A stretch of 58,630 bases of DNA, taken from assembly GCA_934098455.1 (NCBI GenBank), contig CAKOOU010000001.1, positions 1-58,630 of the forward strand, read 5' to 3'. The notes beneath the pieces are model-generated. The model was given only the letters and a program-made list of their open reading frames with translations, had not been told where the DNA came from and did no database searches. This stretch comes from an uncultured Bacilli bacterium (GTDB lineage: Bacteria; Bacillota_I; Bacilli_A; RF39; UBA660). Each line of letters begins with the position of its first letter. The first letter of the stretch is position 1. The position numbers were made by a program, and so were the translations under genes. Of this stretch, positions 29,632 to 39,491 are shown one piece after another.

Positions 29632-30870
29632 TTATAATCTTTTCATCAATAAATTTATATAAGTAAATTTAACATCTGAATTATTTTCATCATCTATTTT
29701 AGTCATTAAATGCAATGTTGCCGGTCCATAAATATCAACTACATTAGTTTCAGAAAAATTCATATCTACCGTAGTACCTTTATTCAAAGTACAATCTAAA
29801 TCACTTACTATTTCTCCAGTAGTTTCATTATATAAGTAAAATGATGCTCCATTAGTTTCTGATACACCAGATATTCTTCCACACAATGTAATTTCAAAAA
29901 TTCCAGTTCGTAAAACATTTATGTCTAAATTATTTGGTACTTCAATATCACTGCTGACTCCAGGTATCATTCTCTTTGTATACACATTAACAGTTCCTGC
30001 TTTATCTGTATCTTGAAAACTTATAAACAAAATTGCGCTATAAACAGTTGGATTATAATAAGATGGTCCTGTTGGCCCTGTCGGACCAGGTAAACCTTGT
30101 ATACCTTGTTCTCCTTTTTCGCCTTTTGGAATGTAGAAAGTTAAATGATGAATATTTCTATCAAAATCATCTTGAACGCTTGCTTCTTCGTTGCTTTCTA
30201 CTGTTTCAGTCCCATCTATCGTAATTACCTCACTTATACCAATTTCTCCAGGAAAACCTCTAGGCCCAATTGGACCAGTTGGACCGATTTCACCTTGCGG
30301 ACCAACATCTCCCTTTAATCCAGTATCACCCTTATCACCTTTATCACCCTTTGGAATCAAAAAATCAAATACATGATGATTACCCACAACATTTTCTAAA
30401 ACTTGTGCCTCATTTCCAGCCTCAATTGTTTCTGTTCTACCAACTTCAATAGTAGCACTTTCTCCTGGAGGCCCTTCAATAACAGCTGTTTCTTTCCAAG
30501 AATTTGTTTCATGATCCCAAACAACCAAAGTTTTTTGAATTATATAACAATCTCCATCTTGAGCAACTGGATGCATTCTTTCTAACTCTTCCATCGTATC
30601 ATAAGTACCTAATATTTTTAATCCAGTACCAGTAGGACCTTGAGGTCCTGTCGGACCAGTTGCACCAACTAATCCTTGTACACCTTGTTCTCCTTTTAAA
30701 CCTTGTGGCCCTGTCGGACCAGGAACACCTTGAATTCCTTGTGGGCCTGTTGGACCAACATCTCCCTTACAACCACGAGGTCCCATAGAACCACAAACTC
30801 CTATTTCACATAATCTTTTTCTTATTTCACCATTTTCAATTATTCTATTTATCTTATCATCAAAGTTCAT
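29632..30870 (-). CDS. Collagen-like triple-helix repeat protein (BclA/exosporium- or phage-fibre-like)
   Basis: Three G-X-Y blocks (GPRGCKGDVGPTGPQGIQGVPGPTGPQG..., GDKGDKGDTGLKGDVGPQGEIGPTGPIGPRGFPGE, GEKGEQGIQGLPGPTGPTGP) separated by two related approx. 50 aa modules. Start set at ATG 30870 (MNFDDK), which follows GGGGG. Confidence 0.8.
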   Translation of the reverse strand: MNFDDKINRIIENGEIRKRLCEIGVCGSMGPRGCKGDVGPTGPQGIQGVPGPTGPQGLKGEQGVQGLVGATGPTGPQGPTGTGLKILGTYDTMEELERMHPVAQDGDCYIIQKTLVVWDHETNSWKETAVIEGPPGESATIEVGRTETIEAGNEAQVLENVVGNHHVFDFLIPKGDKGDKGDTGLKGDVGPQGEIGPTGPIGPRGFPGEIGISEVITIDGTETVESNEEASVQDDFDRNIHHLTFYIPKGEKGEQGIQGLPGPTGPTGPSYYNPTVYSAILFISFQDTDKAGTVNVYTKRMIPGVSSDIEVPNNLDINVLRTGIFEITLCGRISGVSETNGASFYLYNETTGEIVSDLDCTLNKGTTVDMNFSETNVVDIYGPATLHLMTKIDDENNSDVKFTYINLLMKRL

Positions 30871-30929
30871 AACATACCCCCGATATAACATTATATGTAA
30901 AAATGATTTTTTTGTTTAAAAAAAGAAGA

Positions 30930-31547
30930 TTAACTCTTCTTATTACCACGTTTTCTATAAAAAAAGTAAACTCCTACAACAACTACAACAAACAAAATTA
31001 ATACAACAATATGTGAGTAAGTGTCAAGAATATTGACTATTTTAGTCCAATTTTCACCAACAACACTACCAACAATTATTAAAACAGTATTCCATATTAA
31101 TGAACCAAACAACGTATACAATAAAAATTTAAACATAGACATCTCACTCATACCAGCTGGAATACTTATTAAACTACGTACTAAAGGAATAAATCTACAA
31201 AAAAATACTGTTTTATTACCCTTATTATCAAACCAATTATCTGCATTATCTATATCACTAACTTTAAGTCTAAGTATCTTACCCAATTTACCAGATATTA
31301 TCTTTTTCAATCTATCTTTATTAAAAATTTTACCAATATAATATAAAATTATAGCACCAAATAAAGACCCTAAAGTACTAGCAAGTACCATACCAAATAT
31401 ATTTAATTTAGTATAAGTAGTCATAAAACCACCAAATAATAATATTACTTCACTAGGTATTGGAGGAAAAATATTTTCAATCATAATAAGTAAAAAAACA
31501 CCAATATAACCATACTTTCCCATAATAGACAAAATAATTTCTTGCAT
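30930..31547 (-). CDS. DedA family membrane protein
   Basis: ENIFPPIPSEVILLFGG and FCRFIPLVRSLISIPAG motifs. Confidence 0.8.
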   Translation of the reverse strand: MQEIILSIMGKYGYIGVFLLIMIENIFPPIPSEVILLFGGFMTTYTKLNIFGMVLASTLGSLFGAIILYYIGKIFNKDRLKKIISGKLGKILRLKVSDIDNADNWFDNKGNKTVFFCRFIPLVRSLISIPAGMSEMSMFKFLLYTLFGSLIWNTVLIIVGSVVGENWTKIVNILDTYSHIVVLILFVVVVVGVYFFYRKRGNKKS

Positions 31548-31588
31548 AAACCTATCTCCTATCTAAATTTAATTTAAAAAAAGAATAA

Positions 31589-32011
31589 TTACATAGTATA
31601 ATAATTATATTTCACATCTTTCCTTACTAACCTAAATTCATTATTAACAATGCTCTTATTAGCAGGAATATTATTTCTTTCTGTTTGTATTATAACATTT
31701 CTACAATAACATAAAATACTTTCTCTCAACATTCTCAAAGCAATTGTACCATATCCTTTATTTCTATACATTGATAAAACTCCAAGGTCAACTTCCATAA
31801 CATTATTAACATCAACAACATTAATAAAACCTATTTCAACATTGTCTAAACATATATAACATGCATAACAACTATTTAATAAACGGCTTTTAATATTTTT
31901 TCCATTACCAAAAGTTTTTAAAAGCAAATTATCTTCACTTACGAAATTAATTATTCTATATAGATTACAATCTTCTATTTTCTTTAATTCTAACATACAA
32001 ATCACATCCAA
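31589..32011 (-). CDS. GNAT family N-acetyltransferase
   Basis: YRNKGYGTIALRML is an acetyl-CoA-binding motif A. Confidence 0.65.
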   Translation of the reverse strand: MDVICMLELKKIEDCNLYRIINFVSEDNLLLKTFGNGKNIKSRLLNSCYACYICLDNVEIGFINVVDVNNVMEVDLGVLSMYRNKGYGTIALRMLRESILCYCRNVIIQTERNNIPANKSIVNNEFRLVRKDVKYNYYTM

Positions 32012-32047
32012 TTTGTCATATATAATATCATAGTATAGTCAAAAAAT

Positions 32048-32452
32048 CTATAATTCTATCAAACTATTATCATAAACATTATTAATATTTTCTATAGTAC
32101 TATCAGTAGTTTCTTCATAGTTACCAAAATTAATTAAAAACATAAATAGTAATATAATACCAATCATTTCTAATACTCCAATAATCATACCAATTATACT
32201 TAATATAAAACCAGTACCGTAACTACCACTTTCTTTTTTATATTTATTTCCATAAACCAAACTAATAATACCAGGTATAAAACCAATAATACTTAAAAAT
32301 ACACTACTTATTAAACATATTATACCTAATACTAAACTAGTTTCTTTATTTCCACTAGTTGTCACACTATTATTAATATCTAATTTATTACCACAATTAT
32401 AACAATATTTATTACTATTTTTATTTTCTACACCACATTTAGAACAATACAT
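32048..32452 (-). CDS. Zinc-ribbon + DUF4190-like membrane protein
   Basis: MYCSKCG...CYNCG zinc ribbon followed by two TM helices. Confidence 0.55.
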   Translation of the reverse strand: MYCSKCGVENKNSNKYCYNCGNKLDINNSVTTSGNKETSLVLGIICLISSVFLSIIGFIPGIISLVYGNKYKKESGSYGTGFILSIIGMIIGVLEMIGIILLFMFLINFGNYEETTDSTIENINNVYDNSLIEL

Positions 32453-32460
32453 ATTATCAC

Positions 32461-32964
32461 CTAATCTAAATTTATTTCTATATTTTTACTTTCACCTTCA
32501 AATTTTCTATATTTAACACCACAAACATCAAATATTTTTTTACTAACAACAGTTGCATCAGTACCATGATATTTATCAGATAAGTATATCACTTCTTTAA
32601 TCCCACTTTGTACCACTACTTTAGCACATTCATTACATGGAAATAATGTCACATATAATTTAGAACCAACTAAATCACTTCTAGTACCTCCATAATTTAG
32701 TATAGCATTTAATTCAGAATGACATACATAAAAATATTTAGTATCTTTAGGGTCACCTTCTCTATCCCAAGGAAATACATCATCTTTATATCCATTTGGA
32801 GCACCGTTATATCCAATCGATAAAATTCTATTGTCTTTGCTAACTATACAAGCACCAACTCTAGTATTAGGGTCTTTACTTCTCATAGTTGATAAAACAG
32901 CAATTCCCATAAAATATTCATCCCAACTTAAATAATCTTTATTTTGTTTATTTAATTTTTTCAT
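32461..32964 (-). CDS. comEB: dCMP deaminase (ComEB-type)
   Basis: CHSELNAI and PCNECAK zinc-binding motifs. Confidence 0.85.
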   Translation of the reverse strand: MKKLNKQNKDYLSWDEYFMGIAVLSTMRSKDPNTRVGACIVSKDNRILSIGYNGAPNGYKDDVFPWDREGDPKDTKYFYVCHSELNAILNYGGTRSDLVGSKLYVTLFPCNECAKVVVQSGIKEVIYLSDKYHGTDATVVSKKIFDVCGVKYRKFEGESKNIEINLD

Positions 32965-33081
32965 AACTACACATCTCCAATATAAGTATATAATGACAAT
33001 AAACTTTAAACAAGAAAAATAATTTTTATTTTACGTTTATTAAGTAAAGAAAAAAGCACTTCCTAAAAAGTACTTTCAAAC

Positions 33082-35454
33082 TTATTTATCTCTAACACTA
33101 GCATTTAATTTGTTTTCTACATCTCTTATAATATTATTAAATATTAACATAACTTCATCTTCAGTTAAAGTACGATTATTATCTCTAAAAGTTAAATTAT
33201 AAGCAATACTCTTTTTATCACTACCAACTTTATCTCCAACATAAACATCAAATACATTTATATCAGTTAATAACTTACCACCAGTTTTCTTAATAACTTT
33301 CTCTATTTCTAAACTAGTAATATTTTTATCAACAACAAATGCTAAATCTTTTTCTATTGATGGAAATTTAGGAATATCTTTATAAGTCATTCTAGTAGGA
33401 TGTAAACTTAATAATTTATCTAAATTAATTTCAAAAACGAATATATCTTTTTTACTAACACTAGGATGTAATTTACCTATAATACCTATCTTCATTCCTT
33501 GAACGATTATATTAGCACTAACACCAGGATGTAATTCTTTAGGTAATTCACCCTTTACATCTAAACTATATCTACCATTAAATCCTAAGAAATCTAAACA
33601 TTCTTCAACTATACCTTTTAATATATAGAAATTAACATTCTTTTTATTTAATCCATCATAATAATTACCAGACATTAATATTGCTAAATTATTATTTTCT
33701 TTATAAATTCCATCTTCTTTATAAAATGATTTACCTATCTCAAATATAGAAATATCATTATTATTTCTAGCACTATTATAATCATATATTTGTTTTAAAG
33801 AATAAAGTAAACTATATCTTAAAGTATTTCTATCTTCACTCATAGGATCAGCTAAACTTATAGGAGTAAATTCATCAACCGTATATTTTTTTACTTCACT
33901 TAATGGTATCAAAGAATAAGATAATGTTTCATTTAAACCTAAATCTACTAATTTATTTTTTAATGCTCTTTTAGTCTTATCATAATATCCTAATTTAGAT
34001 TCAAATACAGGTAATTTACCAACAATCTTATCCATACCATATATTCTTCCGACTTCTTCGATTAAATCTTCTTCAATTTTTATATCTAATCTACGAGTTG
34101 GTACAACTACTTCTAAAACATCATCTTTTTTATTAACGCCAAATCCTAAAGCTTCAAAAATACTTGTTATATCATCTTCGCTAATATCAATTCCTAAAAC
34201 TCTGCATATCTTTTCTTTAGTTATATTAATAACTTTATCTTCTTTATCAGTAGTATCATAAATAATAGTATCAGATAAAATATTAGCATCAGCATATTTT
34301 TCTAATAAATGACATGCTCTATCAATAGCCATATAAGTACGTTTAGGATCAATCCCTTTTTCAAATCTATTACTTGCTTCACTTCTTAATATTTTTTTAG
34401 AAGTTTTACGTATCTTAACACTATCAAATATAGCAGATTCAATTATAATGTTTTTAGTATATTCTTCTACTTCAGTAGATAATCCGCCCATTACTCCAGC
34501 AAGTCCAACTGCTTCTTTTTCATTAGCAATAACAATATCTTCACTAGTTAAAGTTCTTAATATATTATCTAAAGTAGTTAAATTTTCTCCATCACTTGCA
34601 TTTCTAACAATTATCTTATTGCCTAATCTATCTGCATCATAAAAATGTAATGGTTGTCCTGTTTCTAACATAACATAATTAGATATATCTACCACGTTAT
34701 TTATCGGTCTAATTCCACTAGCAATTAATCTGTTTTTTATAAAATCAGGACTTTCACATATCTTAACATTTTTAACTTTCTTTGCTAAAAACAAAGTACA
34801 ATCACCAGTTTTAACTTCTACATCAAATTCATTTTTAACAGATTCATCTATTTCATTATATTTTAAATCAATATCTTTTACTTGTTTCTTATAAATAGCA
34901 CCTAATTCATAAGCCATACCTAGTATACTTAACAAGTCTCCTCTGTTGCTAGTAAGTTCAAAATCAATTACTTCATCATCTAAACCTAATAATTTTATTG
35001 GATCACTACCAACTTTTGCATCAACAGGAAGTTCATGTATTCCATTTTTATCTTTATCACTTAAGAACTTATTATCTAATCCTAACTCTTGAATAGAACA
35101 TAACATACCATTACTTTCTACACCACGAATTACACCACGTTTTATTTCACCACCAGGTAATTTTGCACCAGGTAAAGCAACTATAACTTTTATGCCTTTA
35201 CGTACGTTTGGAGCACCACATACAATATTTAATATTTCATCTCCTACATTAACCTTGCAAACATGCAAGTGATCGCTATCTGGATGCATATCACAAGATA
35301 ATACTTCACCAACTACTAAATTAGTAGCAGTGATTATTTTTCCAGCACTGTCATATTCATTACCAACACCAGTCATATCTTCAGCAATTTGTTTAATATC
35401 TAAATCATGTGGTAAATCTATATAATCACTTACAAATTTTCTACTTAACAACAT
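33082..35454 (-). CDS. pheT: Phenylalanine--tRNA ligase beta subunit
   Basis: 790 aa with an N-terminal tRNA-binding domain (HPDSDHLHVCKVNVG), B3/4, B5 and FDX-ACB-like regions. Immediately follows pheS with a 1 nt overlap. Confidence 0.92.
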   Translation of the reverse strand: MLLSRKFVSDYIDLPHDLDIKQIAEDMTGVGNEYDSAGKIITATNLVVGEVLSCDMHPDSDHLHVCKVNVGDEILNIVCGAPNVRKGIKVIVALPGAKLPGGEIKRGVIRGVESNGMLCSIQELGLDNKFLSDKDKNGIHELPVDAKVGSDPIKLLGLDDEVIDFELTSNRGDLLSILGMAYELGAIYKKQVKDIDLKYNEIDESVKNEFDVEVKTGDCTLFLAKKVKNVKICESPDFIKNRLIASGIRPINNVVDISNYVMLETGQPLHFYDADRLGNKIIVRNASDGENLTTLDNILRTLTSEDIVIANEKEAVGLAGVMGGLSTEVEEYTKNIIIESAIFDSVKIRKTSKKILRSEASNRFEKGIDPKRTYMAIDRACHLLEKYADANILSDTIIYDTTDKEDKVINITKEKICRVLGIDISEDDITSIFEALGFGVNKKDDVLEVVVPTRRLDIKIEEDLIEEVGRIYGMDKIVGKLPVFESKLGYYDKTKRALKNKLVDLGLNETLSYSLIPLSEVKKYTVDEFTPISLADPMSEDRNTLRYSLLYSLKQIYDYNSARNNNDISIFEIGKSFYKEDGIYKENNNLAILMSGNYYDGLNKKNVNFYILKGIVEECLDFLGFNGRYSLDVKGELPKELHPGVSANIIVQGMKIGIIGKLHPSVSKKDIFVFEINLDKLLSLHPTRMTYKDIPKFPSIEKDLAFVVDKNITSLEIEKVIKKTGGKLLTDINVFDVYVGDKVGSDKKSIAYNLTFRDNNRTLTEDEVMLIFNNIIRDVENKLNASVRDK

Positions 35455-36503
35455 TAGTCTTCATCCTTTCTATCAAATTGTTTTAAAAATCTTATATCAT
35501 TTCCATAAATAGTTCTAATATCAGGAATTCCATATTTAAACATTGCAAATCTATCTAAACCAGTACCAAATGCAAATCCTTGATAAACTTTACTATCATA
35601 TCCACACATTTCTAAAACATTAGGATGTACCATTCCAGCACCTAATACTTCAATCCATCCAGTTTGTTTACATAAATTACATCCTTTACCACCACATTTA
35701 AAGCAAGATACATCCACCTCAACACTAGGTTCAGTAAATGGAAAGAAACTAGGTCTAAATCTAACTTTAGTTTTTTCTCCTAATATTTTTTTACAAAATA
35801 ATTCAAGAGTTCCTTTTAAATCAGCCATAGAAACATTTTTATCAATAACTAAACCTTCTATTTGCATAAATTGATGACTATGAGTAGCGTCTTCATCTCT
35901 TCTATATACTTTTCCAGGACAAACAATTCTTAATGGCCCTTTTTCTTTATTAGCTTCCATTGCTCTAACTTGTGCTGTAGATGTTTGACTTCTTATTAAA
36001 AATCTTTCATATTCATCTTTTAAATAAAAAGTATCTTGAGCATCACGTGCAGGATGTCCTTTTGGTAAATTTAATTTTTGGAAACAATTTTCATCACTTT
36101 CAACTTCAGGTCCATCATAAACTGTATATCCCATAGATGTAAATATGTCCTCAAACTCTTCCTGTATTCTAGTCATAGGATGTTTACTACCTCTTTTAAT
36201 CTTTTCACTAGGCAAAGTAACATCTATTCTTTCACTTTCCAATTTTAAATTAATTTCATTAGTAGTAATAGTATCTAATAATTCATTATAAAAATCATTA
36301 AATGTATTTCTAATCTCATTAACTTTTATACCAAATTCTTTCTTTTCTTCATTAGGTATCTCTTTTATTAATTGTTGTATTAAAGTAATCTTACCACTCT
36401 TACCCATATAAGTATTCTTTAATTCATCTAATTCTTTTCTATTATCAACTTTAGTTAAACTTTTAACTTCTTTTAATAATTCTTCTAACTTATCATTATA
36501 CAT
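35454..36503 (-). CDS. pheS: Phenylalanine--tRNA ligase alpha subunit
   Basis: Class II motifs, including HPARDAQDTFY, FRPSFFPFTEPS and GFAFGTGLDR. Confidence 0.92.
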   Translation of the reverse strand: MYNDKLEELLKEVKSLTKVDNRKELDELKNTYMGKSGKITLIQQLIKEIPNEEKKEFGIKVNEIRNTFNDFYNELLDTITTNEINLKLESERIDVTLPSEKIKRGSKHPMTRIQEEFEDIFTSMGYTVYDGPEVESDENCFQKLNLPKGHPARDAQDTFYLKDEYERFLIRSQTSTAQVRAMEANKEKGPLRIVCPGKVYRRDEDATHSHQFMQIEGLVIDKNVSMADLKGTLELFCKKILGEKTKVRFRPSFFPFTEPSVEVDVSCFKCGGKGCNLCKQTGWIEVLGAGMVHPNVLEMCGYDSKVYQGFAFGTGLDRFAMFKYGIPDIRTIYGNDIRFLKQFDRKDED

Positions 36504-36524
36504 AATATCTTCCTCTCTTTCTTA

Positions 36525-36740
36525 TATTAAAAAACAGTACTCCATCCATAAAGGACGAAACACTGTTTAAATTCCGCGGTACCACCTTTGTTCTAGTAAA
36601 ACTAGCACTCATATTCTTAACGTGAATTAACGATTAACACTCCTATGTTGAAATTTCTTTTATACTATCAATATAATTGCTCTCAGCTAATAACAATTAC
36701 TCTCTTGAATGAACTTATATAAAATACTAAGACATAATCA
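36525..36740 (-). promoter_or_regulatory. T-box riboswitch leader of pheST (probable Phe specifier)
   Basis: Read on the minus strand: AGAGAG and GCTGAGAGC stem-I elements, a UUC-A triplet (rc of 36650..36652) in the 3' half of stem I, the conserved T-box AAAGGTGGTACCGCGG (rc of 36574..36589) and the terminator AAACAGTGTTTC...GTACTGTTTTTT (36529..36568). Confidence 0.85.
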
Positions 36741-36821
36741 ATGTATTACATGTGTTATTTTAGCACAATTATTTATTCAAAACAAGTATATTTTAAACAG
36801 TATTGAACATCAACACATAAT

Positions 36822-37880
36822 TTATATCCTATAAACTAAATCATTATATTCATTCCATTTAATAATATTATCTTTCTGTAATCTCCCAACTAATATACCA
36901 TTATTAATATTATTTTCTTTACAAAATTTAATTATACTATTCTTATTAATTTTATTTTTAATAAAGTTATTATAATTATTTTTATTAATTAATATATTCT
37001 TTGCATAATTATCTGCTTCTATTTCTATATCATTTAAATTTGTATCAACTTCATCAATAAATAATTCTTTTTTACTATGTTTTATTAAATGACATATTTC
37101 ATGAAATAATGTAAACCAAAGTATATCATCTCTCTTACCTTTATTACTTATCATTATAATTGCTTTATCACTAGTAACTTTATATGAAAGACCATTAACG
37201 TATGTATGTGGTAAAGCAGGTTCGTATACTAAAGAAATTCCACACTCTTTTAAAATTAATTTTATATCATCAATTACACTTAAAAATTTACTATTACATA
37301 GTTTCCTTATATCATTAACTTTACCTTTTAATAACAAATTATTAAATTTAGGATACACATCACTACATGACATTATTTCTCCATATCTTATATAACAATA
37401 CAAACTTTCTATTGATAAATTAAGATTACCTTTTTTTCTAAATAATAATTTATTTTTTAATTCAGTATTAAAAGACAAAGAACCTACTGAAAAAAAATTC
37501 CTCAAGTTAATAACTCTTTCATATTTATCATTTGTTTTTTTTATATAATTCCATCCTCTTTTAGACATTTCTAAATAAGGAATAGCAGATAATTTAGTTT
37601 CATCTTCTTTAATTGAATTCAAATCTTTTTGTCTTTCTAATGTTTCTCTATACTGTATTTCTAAATTATTCCAAAAATTAGCAGGTATATGAAAAACATA
37701 TTCTAGTTTCATAGCAGTAGAAGTTGTTATTGGGGCCTTCCCCTTTATAATTTCATTTATTGTTTTTTTATTAATTCCAAGTTTCATTGCCAAATCTAAT
37801 TGTGTCATAGAATTAACTTCTAAAAGTTCACTTATAGTCTCACCCGGTGCGATTATATATTCTTCATTAATTTTATTCAT
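36822..37880 (-). CDS. higA: HigA-type HTH antitoxin fused to an ImmA/IrrE (DUF955) zinc-metallopeptidase domain
   Basis: N-terminus IAPGETISELLEVNSMTQLDLAMKLGINKKTINEIIKGKAPIT...FWNNLEIQY (HigA family). C-terminal HEICHL (HEXXH). Confidence 0.7.
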   Translation of the reverse strand: MNKINEEYIIAPGETISELLEVNSMTQLDLAMKLGINKKTINEIIKGKAPITTSTAMKLEYVFHIPANFWNNLEIQYRETLERQKDLNSIKEDETKLSAIPYLEMSKRGWNYIKKTNDKYERVINLRNFFSVGSLSFNTELKNKLLFRKKGNLNLSIESLYCYIRYGEIMSCSDVYPKFNNLLLKGKVNDIRKLCNSKFLSVIDDIKLILKECGISLVYEPALPHTYVNGLSYKVTSDKAIIMISNKGKRDDILWFTLFHEICHLIKHSKKELFIDEVDTNLNDIEIEADNYAKNILINKNNYNNFIKNKINKNSIIKFCKENNINNGILVGRLQKDNIIKWNEYNDLVYRI

Positions 37881-38205
37881 AATGTTTTGATACCTCCATA
37901 ACTTTTATATCTTTAATTAATTTTAAATAACTTATAATTATATTATTGTCACCCTGTTTAAAAATTAATCTATATTGTTGAGTAATATTTATTGCAAAAA
38001 AATCTTTATATTTACCATTAAGTTTATGTCTTCTAAACGGTAAAGATGATGGAACATCATTTAAATTATCAAAAGCTTTTAACATATTAATTCTTAGTGG
38101 TAATTTATTAGCAACTTCAACACAATATTTTTTAATTAATTCATGTCTATACTTAGGATTTTCACATAAATTACGTAATTTATCATTTTTATATGTAAGT
38201 TCCAT
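37873..38205 (-). CDS. higB: HigB-type (RelE superfamily) toxin
   Basis: MELTYKNDKLRNLCE...RRHKLNGKYKDFFAINITQQYRLIFK. Start moved to ATG 38205. Overlaps higA by 8 nt. Confidence 0.65.
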   Translation of the reverse strand: MELTYKNDKLRNLCENPKYRHELIKKYCVEVANKLPLRINMLKAFDNLNDVPSSLPFRRHKLNGKYKDFFAINITQQYRLIFKQGDNNIIISYLKLIKDIKVMEVSKHYE

Positions 38206-38333
38206 TTCAATACCAACCCCTTGATGTATAAATATTATATCACAGAAAAAAGAAAATTCAACATTTAATTTACCTATTAAGTAAATCAAATTTTAATTTT
38301 TTGTACAAAAAAAGCATTGAATTTAATCAACAC

Positions 38334-38948
38334 TTATTTAATTTTCTTAACTTTCTTTAGTTCATCATAATAAATTATATCAGCAGCAGTCATATATGGA
38401 ATTAGCCAAAAATATAATATTCCTAATGTAAACACACCCAATATAATCCAACCAATGAAGCTTAATTGAAATACAAAATAATCTGCTTTGTATCCATTCA
38501 TCAATTCTTTACTTTTCTTTATACAACTAGCTCCATCATGTTCTCCATCAATAAAGATATATGGTGCCATTTTATATGAAATAGCAGCTATTATACCAGG
38601 TATAATAAATAATAATGTCCATAAAGTAGTAAATATACCAATTAATAAAAACATAACAAATATACCACCAAATAAATTATACCATTTAGTTATTTCAGCC
38701 ATTTCTACACTTTTACCTCTTACTAATTTCATATAATAAGATAATAAACCAACAGTAATAGGTAACATCGCAACTTCTAAAATAACGTTTAACATTTCAC
38801 CAACCGAACTATCTTTACCAAAGGCAAATCCAATTATCCCACCTATTAGTCCAGCAATTAAACTAACTAATAAACTAGGTGCTATAAAAGTCCATATTCT
38901 ACCTTTAATTGTCTCCTTTGCTTTCTCTTTAATTTTAACTCTATCCAT
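38334..38948 (-). CDS. DUF975 family membrane protein
   Basis: MDRVKIKEKAKETIKGRIW N-terminus plus four TM helices. Confidence 0.6.
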   Translation of the reverse strand: MDRVKIKEKAKETIKGRIWTFIAPSLLVSLIAGLIGGIIGFAFGKDSSVGEMLNVILEVAMLPITVGLLSYYMKLVRGKSVEMAEITKWYNLFGGIFVMFLLIGIFTTLWTLLFIIPGIIAAISYKMAPYIFIDGEHDGASCIKKSKELMNGYKADYFVFQLSFIGWIILGVFTLGILYFWLIPYMTAADIIYYDELKKVKKIK

Positions 38949-39095
38949 TTGTTATACTCCTTCCTAATATAATTATATTATTATGATTTAATTTATACAA
39001 GAAAAAAATATAAGCAATATAAAAACTAACTACAATCTATAAAAGTAAAAAAATTCTATACAATATCTTATATTTAAGAAAGTATAGAATTTTTT

Positions 39096-39404
39096 TTATA
39101 AATTAATTCCTTTAGGATTTCTTGAATCTAACAAAACATCAAACTTTATTTTTTTTAAAGATTTATGTTTTTGTTTTTCATAATACGGAGTCAAAGAATC
39201 TTCATCAATGTAATAATAATCACTATTCATAGTAGTAAAAGTAGTTAATGTCGACTTTTTATTGTTAATTCTATGTACATCCATTATTGAATTAATATCA
39301 TCTAATGCAACATACACATCTCCTTTACATTTTAAAAATATCCTTATTCCAACAAATTTTTCATCATACATCAAATTTCCCAAAAATATTCTATTAGTAT
39401 TCAT
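39096..39404 (-). CDS. Hypothetical protein
   Basis: 102 aa ORF with no recognised motif. Confidence 0.35.
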   Translation of the reverse strand: MNTNRIFLGNLMYDEKFVGIRIFLKCKGDVYVALDDINSIMDVHRINNKKSTLTTFTTMNSDYYYIDEDSLTPYYEKQKHKSLKKIKFDVLLDSRNPKGINL

Positions 39405-39491
39405 AAATTAAACCTCCCATATTTGTATTATAACATATAAACTTAAAACAAGTATATAAAAAAGTACCAAATTAAATTGATACTTTAAATA

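Noticed and set aside
30033-30585. Four plus-strand 60-63 aa ORFs inside the collagen-like gene
   Set aside because: They are antisense or shadow frames of G-X-Y repeats (GGN/CCN are stop-poor on both strands). They lack ribosome-binding sites and are not independent genes.
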